64,000 nt of DNA from Diplonema japonicum (Eukaryota; Protista; Euglenozoa: Diplonemea). The translations under genes were made by a program, and so were the position numbers. The DNA is taken from NCBI GenBank assembly GCA_964019335.1, contig OZ025695.1, positions 434,001 to 498,000 of the forward strand. Reading direction: 5' to 3'. Positions 44,601-53,500 of the stretch are shown in pieces; position 1 is the stretch's first letter; the number at the start of each line of letters is the position of its first letter. Under the pieces are notes generated by a model. That model was not told the DNA's origin, did not search any database, and saw nothing but the letters and a program-made list of their open reading frames with translations.

Positions 44601-47370
44601 AAAAGGAAGGCAAATCCCCTGCGTAAATTCCGTTTTGTACCTTCTGCAGCTGGACTACATTGTTGTGGATGGGGACCCCGAAATCACTGCCATGTAGCGT
44701 GACTGTTGTGCCTGCAGCGCAGTCGATGAGTGTTGCGTTGTAAGCGCTGCACCCCTCTACGGAGTTCACCGTTGGAGACATTTTGGGTGGCGTCGTGCAG
44801 TTCAGCACCACTTGAGACATTTCATTATTCACTACCAGCAACCACCATCCCCACGTCGCAGGGGCGCAGTGAACAGTGCACTCGAGGGCACTGGTTGTAA
44901 CTATTTCACCCGGAGCACAGGATGGCACAGGTCCTGCGGCATGCTCGGCAGCGACGAACTTGATGGTGTTCCGTGCAGAATCAAGGTAGAACCCGGTGCC
45001 CCTAAGTACGACTGTAGCGCCAGATGTGACTTCATTGGGCTCAGCAGAGACCACGACAGTTTTCACGGACGGGCGGAAGATCATAACTTCAAACACTTCC
45101 TGTGCACCAGCCACACGGCCTGTGAACAGCTTGTACATTGGTTCGCTGGCGTCGAGCTGGCAAATTAACAGCAGCGGTGGCACCGCATCGTCGTGCAAGC
45201 TGTTCGCGCAAGTGAGCTGCCCCCCCGATGCGCTTACAAAGATCACTTCTGGATCGGGGCCGAAGTTCTCACCGTGCAGTGCGAGGACATCCCCATGATC
45301 ACACCATGCCTTCAGCCCAGAGTGCGCCGAACATCCCGATGCTGATGTAACTATAGGCACCGACGTTGAAAGAGGCAAAACCTTTACGACAGAGGTCGCC
45401 CTTAGCACGGAGATCCACGAGTCTTCCATCGAAACCAACAGCAGTACAATATAATGTCCAGGGAGGCTCACCCCCACCCCCGGCAGAGTGTACTGACCGT
45501 CAGACCCGAAGTCCACTACATTGCTCGAGGTGACACCTTTCAGCGCAGCATCGTTCCTCACTGGTGAGCCATCCCACCACAGCAGTGAAACATTCGAGAC
45601 GCCCCAGTGTGACAGCGGGTCTCGCCAAGACCACACGGAAGTTCGTACAAAGAGGGTGAAGGGCTCGTCAATGAACACCTCTTTAGGCACGTCCAGCGTG
45701 ATGTTGTTCGTGGGCGGTGGGATGACCTTCACAGGGGAATGAAATGGGTATGCCTTTGTCGACCCCACTTGTACGGTAAGCGACCACCACCCTGACACAC
45801 CGGGCGCCCCGACGAGGTTACAGGTCAAGATTCGTGCCGTAGCGGTAAGAGGGGTGCAAGAAGGGGCCTGTCCGTTGTACCCTACCTCACCACCTGTGAA
45901 GAGGACCATGTTTCCCCAGGGGTCCTCTGCAAACTCATGCCCGGTGATGGTAATGACCCGTGCAGCCTCGTTGCCACCTGTACTTTCACAAACGTAACTA
46001 TTACAGTACACGCCCTCGATCAGCGAGATGTACGGCTGCTTGATGTGTGGAGTCAGTGTAAATGGCGGCGATGCCGACTTATCGCCAATCGTGATCTTGA
46101 ACTCCCACGGCCCTCTTCCGCCTGCTGTAACGGACAGCGTGCACGACAAGTACCGCACCGTGGAACGGATGTAGCTACAAGCAGGGGGGGGACCATAGCC
46201 CCCTTCGAACGTGATGGTGTTGTAGGTGCCTTTCCCAATGCGCGAGGGGATGAAGCCATCACCCATGATAACTAATGTGGTTCCTGTCATGCAGTGCAGC
46301 GTATCGTTCACTGTGTCCCCGCAGCCCGACACGTTATGCACATCGGGGACAGGGCTGTTGGTGTAGATGCGGTGCACGTTGTTGTCAGTGATCCCGTTCA
46401 GGGACAGCGTAATGTAGTAGGCAGCGGTGTAGAAGACCTCTAGCCAGCACACAAGGCTGTGCGCTGTGCTATTTGTGGTTTCGCAGATAGGGACAGGGAC
46501 ATCAGGGTCATTTGTCGCAACAAATGCAGGAGAGAGGGTGGCGAAGGCTTCTGTGTTGGGAGTGAACTGCACCGAGTGCACCGTTGTCACTTCCTTGTTG
46601 AAATTCAGCCCGTGAAGGGTGATGTGCGTGTTCCCTGGGGCACAGCCAGCCAGGACCGCACCGTGTGTCGTCAGCACCCTGCCGCTGATGGTACAGTCAG
46701 TCCCTGTGATCCACTGCACCTCAGGGACCGCGTTCTTCACGTTGATGAGAACGGGTGAAGAGATCTGCGAAGTGATGACATTGGCGGCATAGACGTCTTT
46801 GTCACCAGAGTAGCCGGGGACAACGCTGATGTTGCATAAGATGGTCGTGTTTGTGGTGAGCACTGTAGTGCACGACGGGGCGAATGAACCCGCGAAGTAG
46901 GCCTCCACGTAGGTAGAGAGGAAGTAACCTACGAGCTGCAAGGTGGTCCCGTGCTCGCAACTACGCGGACACTCTGCGGAAGTCAGAACAGGTGCTGCTG
47001 GGGAAATAGTTAGGGAGACGGACTCAGTGGATGGGTTGCCATCAGAAGTCACAACGAGGCCCCACGGCCCTGCTGTGTACCCTGAGAACATGAACAGGTT
47101 ACATTTCAGGAGTCCGCTTGACAGGTCAGTCCAGAGGGGGTAGCAACTGGGGGGATCTCCTGTGCCACCCCCAAAACTGATGACATTCTTCGAAGGATCA
47201 TTCTGGTTGAACCCGCTTCCCGATATCGTCAGCACCGTCCCACCCGCGCACCCCGTGAGCTCCGTCGTGTTACCCCCGCTACACCCGCTGCTGGAGATTC
47301 CTGTCACACTTCCACCCTCAACGCCCACCCACACCGCAAGCCCACAGCACCACAGCACTCTTCCCAGCAT
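41662..47370 (-). CDS. Large type-I membrane protein with tandem Cys-containing TIG/IPT-like repeats and a juxtamembrane SEA-like domain
   Basis: Signal peptide; about a dozen units P.V....GC...C..G..LT..G..F....N.V...P.C.....L.C.L; VVSVHAASIIVTF motif; TM helix VLIVVLSLVGTVCTTSIAVLCWWF. Confidence 0.78.
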   Translation of the reverse strand: MLGRVLWCCGLAVWVGVEGGSVTGISSSGCSGGNTTELTGCAGGTVLTISGSGFNQNDPSKNVISFGGGTGDPPSCYPLWTDLSSGLLKCNLFMFSGYTAGPWGLVVTSDGNPSTESVSLTISPAAPVLTSAECPRSCEHGTTLQLVGYFLSTYVEAYFAGSFAPSCTTVLTTNTTILCNISVVPGYSGDKDVYAANVITSQISSPVLINVKNAVPEVQWITGTDCTISGRVLTTHGAVLAGCAPGNTHITLHGLNFNKEVTTVHSVQFTPNTEAFATLSPAFVATNDPDVPVPICETTNSTAHSLVCWLEVFYTAAYYITLSLNGITDNNVHRIYTNSPVPDVHNVSGCGDTVNDTLHCMTGTTLVIMGDGFIPSRIGKGTYNTITFEGGYGPPPACSYIRSTVRYLSCTLSVTAGGRGPWEFKITIGDKSASPPFTLTPHIKQPYISLIEGVYCNSYVCESTGGNEAARVITITGHEFAEDPWGNMVLFTGGEVGYNGQAPSCTPLTATARILTCNLVGAPGVSGWWSLTVQVGSTKAYPFHSPVKVIPPPTNNITLDVPKEVFIDEPFTLFVRTSVWSWRDPLSHWGVSNVSLLWWDGSPVRNDAALKGVTSSNVVDFGSDGQYTLPGVGVSLPGHYIVLLLVSMEDSWISVLRATSVVKVLPLSTSVPIVTSASGCSAHSGLKAWCDHGDVLALHGENFGPDPEVIFVSASGGQLTCANSLHDDAVPPLLLICQLDASEPMYKLFTGRVAGAQEVFEVMIFRPSVKTVVVSAEPNEVTSGATVVLRGTGFYLDSARNTIKFVAAEHAAGPVPSCAPGEIVTTSALECTVHCAPATWGWWLLVVNNEMSQVVLNCTTPPKMSPTVNSVEGCSAYNATLIDCAAGTTVTLHGSDFGVPIHNNVVQLQKVQNGIYAGDLPSFCILDAAASTVSMLKCVFTSPPESYGVFTVNVYNGVGWGEAAVLLRLLHGTLAQQGVVFHSGCKGEVTLSSATYKDYCQHGTQLTMLGKGLDWRIEKSTTLLAAVGTANSGAQPTCTLTTLFPVSTQPYPQEYYQSLTCTLYVPLETVGLWSLSINGVEVAGLKLDRMTAPVILSMEPFGECSNATELYECHTAEGTGGLLFVLENPPQEATYTRYRLVGGEGSAPRCTGGMYECVLECDETCSGMWGVVVANTEGGDFVSAVYEGAKVKCYTPATMPVLLSSVSQCEFCSSGTILTVHGSGFDTKDATSNRVHLLSTGSSLSSLYPPNCTVLAVSYTQLTCEIGTHYTTGGFWSVSVMRVTTGSVTNDTNHTIRPFMEPGEAPLLVKGWSEVIHDTGEVVVVIEGKHFNAQLLSNSVTITRTVGSLGPTPTCDLRSSSIVLLRCLVQGTDATHGLWGVELMTSAGAASLVDPVQITAMPIIVNKITGCEQDVRSGNVIYCELQTGFSVQGFNLPGEVVWLWGGSGTPAAVPTCGTLFAQPTSLTCSTIVLVAAAHGLWVAQMGTVYQHMLLYSNPQAPMVVNAVLGDAKNDTLLTLVGDNFHPVYYKNEIVCNVTCVPVAADVDGKKLVVWVYEAKEVTGAVLIGGIIMQWAVVTETLMLERTATATIGDIMLSSATATVSLVEATQGFEFTLAGDVASFNETDFILTVSAVLAADPSTVQVVSVHAASIIVTFHIPETLTSVLIDHLANSSSPLWASIPALLSGTTLIPSTDSPYVSSDSSPVLIVVLSLVGTVCTTSIAVLCWWFRVKDAKRSVAAVTEQAPATPVNKMDVGDNPEPDMMIGTPSTVRHVPSEHDEDCLHVDDSSETVEEERTGVPTTVVSVVGEGLQQTETMCEDFASVHTGAGVTTHEPVAGWDVASGMFGDLTSPSAPSVTHSQGCSLALDSWSPAQPNDILLGHKSLKANPPKPKVQNPLLPF

Positions 47371-47569
47371 TCCTCATCCTCTCACATCCTGCACGGCGTC
47401 ATTCGGGCAAGGGTTAAAACACTCGTAAAACAAGAGAGGCTGTTTATTAAGGGAAAATATGAAGAAAGGTTAGAGAGGTTCCTGGAAAGGAACGTCATTC
47501 TTATTTTTATTTTTTCTTTGTTATTTATAATTTTTATCGAAGATTCGATTGTGCTGTACAAGTGATGTT

Positions 47570-50500
47570 CTAGCTGCCAAGGGGGTACTGGATCGGAGTG
47601 GTGAGGGGGGAAGAGGCGAGAGGAATCGACGTACGGTGTGCTGCTGATGAGGAAGATGCCACAGGAGGCGAAAGGGGCAACACAAGAGGTGCTGCAGATT
47701 GGGTACTGGGCACAGGATGACTTGTTAGGTGTGCTCGCGGACCACGGAAAGCGCTCGAGTTGCTGTTCGTTCGGGACACTGGCTGAAACTCGTTCCCGCT
47801 CTGCCTGCGGGCCATCCTGCGAGAGAGCTCGAGGATTTCATCCATTTTACCGGTATTCGTTTTGAACTCCTTCTGTTTCTTTTCAAGCTCCGCTATTTTC
47901 TTGACCAGCTTCGAGACGTCCCCGACACCCCCAGTCGGCCCACAAGGCGGCATCGCTCTCTGCGCTGCTACTGCATGTTGTCCGTTGCTGCTTCCAGACA
48001 CCAGCTTAATCAGCTTGTCAAGCTTCGACTCGATCCTCTTTTCTCTCTCCTCTTCTTCCGCGTCATCGTCGTCGGCCTCTTCCTCTAACGCAATGGCGTC
48101 CTCTGGAAAGAAGTCTGTCAAGTTCCTTTCTATCTTGTGCCACACGTACGACTCTTGTCCTGTGAACAACTCCGGCGACTTATGGAACAGATAGACGTAG
48201 AAAAACAGGTACGACCACATGTTGTGGTCCTTGTGGTAGTGGTCCGTGAAGCTGCTCTGGCGCGACTTGTCGAACTCATACGCCTCTTTTCCGCAGATGA
48301 AGCATTTTGATTTCATGTCGCGTTCCCTGTCTTGCTTCTTGTCCCTCAGCTCGGCGAAGGTGTCCAAGATGATACCGAAGATGATGTTCAGGAAGATAAT
48401 GATCATCACCAGCCAAAAAGCAAAATCGAATGCAAGCCGTGGCCACACATTGTCCTTGTGCCAGTCGGGATGCTGAAGGACATCTGCGAGCCCCCCGCCC
48501 TGCCTCAGACCATACACCACGTTGAGGATGAAGCATCGCCACAACTCTTGGCAAGAAAAGCCTTGCCCCAGGTCAGGGTTTCTCTTCACGTCGTAGTACT
48601 TGTCAGAGAAGTAGTAGAAGGAGACCATCGAGAACAGAAAGATGACTACCATGCCAAGCCCTGCTGTCCACAACAGGTCTTGGTACTTGCTTGTCACAGA
48701 TTTGATGACGTTCTGCAAGCTGTCGGATCGCTTGATTACCCTGAAAATCTGCAGCGAGAAAAAAATGGGGTTCGCAAAATAGCCGACTGGCGCAGCTGCC
48801 GCGAACAAAGTTGTGACGTAGAAGTCTTTATGTCGGAGCAAGACGGTGAGACTTAGGTATGCCTTCATGAAGGCGGAGTGCCGTGCCCAGTCAGCGTAGC
48901 TGCGTATCTTGTCGATGTTGGTGTCCATGTTGAAGTCAGGCCCGCGCACCTTCTGCGATACGACCTCGTTCTTCGCCCGTTGCACGAACTTGAATACGAT
49001 GACTCTTCCTTTGATCTGCATCCAACCAAAGAAGAGCCACAGCTCGATAAATATCTGCACAATCGCCAGCACATTGAACCCGATGTAGTCCGTGTCGGAG
49101 AGGTACTCCTTCGAGGGGCCGTTCTTGCGCTTCATGGTGCCCATCAGGTAAGCGCTGATAACTAACGACAAGAAAAGTGAAATGGCCTCCAGCCACTTAC
49201 CGTACTTGATGAACAGCTGCAAATTGGGTTGCTTGTTGGCCTCATCATAGATGTTGATCTCCTGCACTAAGTCACTCCAGGTGGAAAAGAAATCTTGGAT
49301 CTTTGTTTCACGCGAGTCCCTTTTCACGCTGACTTGTATGCCCGCCTTCGATTCTTCGGGAAGCAGCTTGCACCTGTCGGGCAACACGAAGTACACTTTT
49401 TCTAGCTGCTCGTCACGGCCAATCTCGATCTGCCCTACATGTCTATTGAAGTAGGCATAGCTCATTTGGCTTTTAAGCAATTTGAGCAGAGCCGGCTCAG
49501 CCCTGTCGTCTACCTTTGTCTTGTCGAACCTGCACAGCGACAGGATGAAGATGAATATGTTGTACCCCAGCTGCAGCTCCTCGCCGCATCCTTCCTCTTC
49601 TGCGGACACCTCTTCTGTGTCTTTGCCAGAGAGCTTCCACACCAATCCTTTCATGCGTGTTGCGTGCACGATGTGCCCTTTGATCCAACTTTCGTTCATC
49701 TTGTTCAACAGGTTGTAAAGGTTTGCCTGATTGTTGTCTCTCAGCATGTCCAGTAGCTTCTGCGGAACATCCGTCTTCGAGATCGTTGACTCGACCAGCA
49801 AATCCGACTGCATGGAGGTCACGCCCTCCGTCAGCGACAGCAGCATCCCAATAGCTTCCGACAAGACGTCGTCGAAGCTCAGCCCTTCCTCTCCGCTGGT
49901 GTCGCAGGTCTCCTCTTCCGTTCTCTCTAACAAGACACCAACTACAGAGGGCATCTTAGCCTCCACGAGCGTCTCCTGGTTCCCCTTGCAGGGTCCTTGG
50001 CAGAATTCTGTCAGTGTGACGAAGCCTTGCATGATCAACGGTAGCACCGCCTCGTGTGTGATCTCCTTTGTGAGGTATCTTGTGAACATAGCCACCTCAC
50101 GCACCACATTGACAGAGAAGGGGTTGTCGGGCTGCTCGCGGAGGAAGTTCTGCAGCTTTGTCATGTGCCCCTCGCACAACAGTTGCAGTACACGGAAGAG
50201 GACCTCCATCTCACAAAGGCGCAGTTTCTGCTGCTGCGTGCATGAGCTAGATTGCAGATCCCACGACTTTATCTCCAACTCGTAGCTCTTGATCTGGTCC
50301 CTGCAGAAAACGAAGAAGCCTTCCATAGGCCGCTCAATAAAGAATTGGTAAATAGCCATCTGCACCTCTTTCCGCGTCCCTCCGTCAAGCAGCTGTTTGG
50401 CGAGGCTCAGGGTTGCCGTGTGGATCTCACGCATTTTCTCCGGCGCCCTTGGTATCAAGGTCTCCATCAGCATGAACACTTTCTGTGTAGCCGCTTTCTT

Positions 50501-53500
50501 GTTGAACATAACTTGGATCTCACGCTTTCGCTTATCAATCGTGTTCAGTGCTTCAGCCGCCAAGTCGCTCTGTATGCCCTGCTGCTTCACCCTCTGGGTC
50601 TCAAGGGCGTTGACTTTATCTTCCTCTGCGAAGCCAAACGCCAAGATGTTCAGGACGCTGGCTACATGTTCCATGGGCAAGGTGTTCGAGACAAGGAGGT
50701 TCGCGAACTTTGTGAAGTTGTCCAGCGTCATCATGGTCGGGAGCGAAGCATCCTTGTCATCTTCGGCATCGCAGTTCTGCCCTACATACTCCCTGAGCAG
50801 GTACTGGTTCATGCCGTTCACTGACCGCCTTGAGAAAGCCAGCAGCCTAGCACGCGAGAGGGGCTCCGTTGACACAGGGTTCTCAGTGTACATGGCAGGG
50901 TTGCGCACTGCCCTTGCAAAGTCTTCACGGAACTGTATGAATTGGTCGCCCACGCCATCGTTCGCCTTCAGCTGTCCCCCGTTTGCCCCGACGTCAGAGA
51001 GGGACTCAAAGGCACGTTTCGAAGCTCTCTTCAAGATGAGAATGAAGCCCTCCGGCTGATCGGTGGCTTCAAAGGACCCTAACTCCACTCTGTCAGGGGA
51101 CAGACCTAGTGTGATGCACTGGTTCAGCAGTTGCCGTAGCTTTGCCTTCTTTGGCGTGTTTAAGAAAAGGAACCCTTCAGAAATAACTAGTTCACACAAA
51201 TGTACCACACACTTGCAGGCCATCCTCACTTGTCCGCTTTGCGTGGGGCATGTTCTGACCCTTCTCGTAAGAGCATTGATAAACGGAACCACAGCGTCCA
51301 AGACAAAGGTCTCGAGCTCTGCTCTGCAGAACCACACAGGAAAGTAGGTAGGGAGGCGGACGCTTTTGTCGCATGCCTTCATGAGGCTCTGCAACCACTG
51401 ATATGTCCTTGCACCCGCCCCCTTGTTGTAACACTTGTGCAGGTAATCCGACCCTGTTTTATCACCCTCAACAAGCGCTCTGCAGATGAAGACACAAACA
51501 TTCAGAATGTTCCAAACAACGGGTTCCTTCTGCACCGTGGACCGCCCTTTGGGTCCTGTGTATGACAGCACTTGCGGTGCCTTGTCGTCTCTGTGGAGGT
51601 ACGCGCTCAGCAGCATGAGGTACGGGCGCATGAAGAACAAGGGGTACGAGTACTCAACAGGCACCGCAAGGTCTACAGGCCACATCACGTTGAAAGCCAG
51701 TGTCTGTGTCATGACGGCGGTGTTGCCCTTCAGTGCACAAGAGAAGAGCTCCACAAGCTCGATGTGATACTGCAAAGGGCCGTTCTTGTCAAGCGGCGGG
51801 CAGAAGGCAGGGGACTTCCCTGCAATCAGAGCTTCGACTTCTTCTGAGATCAGCTGTTGCCTGACGTCCCTCTCCTGCTCGTTTGTGTCCCTGAGCAACA
51901 TCAGCACTCTCTTCTTCTCCATAACTATGTAGTTGATGACTGTGGTCAAACTCGATTCGATCACGCGCTCATGCACCTCTGTGACCTTCTCGGGGCCCTC
52001 TGTGTCCACAGTGTGGATATGCTGCACTAAAACAAGCTGTTTGAGAATTTTCAAGTGCCTGGGTGACCTTCCCGACCCTAAGACTCCAGGATTGAGCTGC
52101 GACACTAAAACCCAGATAAGATCCTTGTAGGTGCTGATGAGAACGCAGACTTTGTAATGCAGCGTAAGCTCTGTCAGAAAGTACGACACGTCCCACAGCA
52201 ACATCCTGCTGTGTGTAGGGCCGGCGCGCCTCTCGTGTCTGATGTGCAGTTTGAGCTTCTCCTCAACAACCCAGTTCAAGAGGAGCTGGTTGGAAGCAGA
52301 CTGCTGGCTGTCCTTAACGTACACTGTGAGGAGACGGTAACAACTTCGGAGAAGTTTAACTAAATACTGCGGGTGAGCCGGAACTGCCGGTACTTGGGGG
52401 TACTGCTCCTCCGCACGGATGAAGCTGCTAAGGATGGTGAGCACGGACTCAATGATGGATGTGCTGCTGATCAGCCGCTGTGCCTGAGCGTTGGGACGGC
52501 AGTCAACGAACTCGTCCCAGCTTCTGAGCATGTCCTCGGCATCAGGCAGGCACAGCGCAATGGTGCGCGACACTGCATTTTGTATCTCGGCAACAATGCT
52601 GGCCTTGCTGGGGTCAGAGTCGGTCACACTGATGGCATCCTGTTTGTTGACCAACACCTCCGCTAGGTCTGAGATCTCCTTGTAGATACGCCTCTCGTCT
52701 CTGTGCTCCAACATGATCACTTTGTTTAGAGCGTTGCTCACTTCAAGAGGCACCGAGTGCAACCTCAACAGCAAGTCCAAGCTGCAGTCCACGATGGGCA
52801 CCCATTGATAGAGGGTGAGCTCCATCAGGTAGTGCGTGAGATCCCTCATCTGCTGGAAACTATCGATGTGGTTCGGCGACACGTCACCGCTGAAGTCGAA
52901 GGGTGCAGCACTGGTGTGCAGCCACCCGCCGAGGTCCTGCACGTCCCCTACTGGGAAGTAGTTCTCGCACTGTTGCATGCTTTTCTCAGCAAAGCTCATC
53001 TTACTCCAAAATGGTGTGTTGCCCTCTTCGATCTCTACGCCAATAGCCCTTTGGACGAAGATATGCCATATCTTCATATCCAAGGTGGCATGGAGCACAC
53101 GACACACCTCCAGCTTAGCACTGAAGATGGGCAGATTTATGTCGCTGTACATTCTGCGCTGTGCTTCAGTCAGAATGCCGCTCTCCCTGCCGTCAGTGGC
53201 GGGGTCAAGGATGGCCAGGAACGAGTCGAACAGTGGTTTCTCTGTTTTCCCGCCTGTATTCGTCGCGAGCTCCGCCTGCCCCAAGGTGTACGTGCCCTTC
53301 AGCACGAGCCGCTTGCACAACGTCAGCGCAGATAACAGCAGCTTCATGGTTTGATTCTTCTGAAGCAGAAACGACAGGTCGCTGCACCTTGACTTGATCC
53401 AGGATTTCACTTCCAAGTCCTGCTCCGCGGGGAGGAAGGATTGCTTCACCTTGCCCTTGCCCCACTCCAAAAGTTTCGTTGTGTTAGCTTTCGTGCTCTC

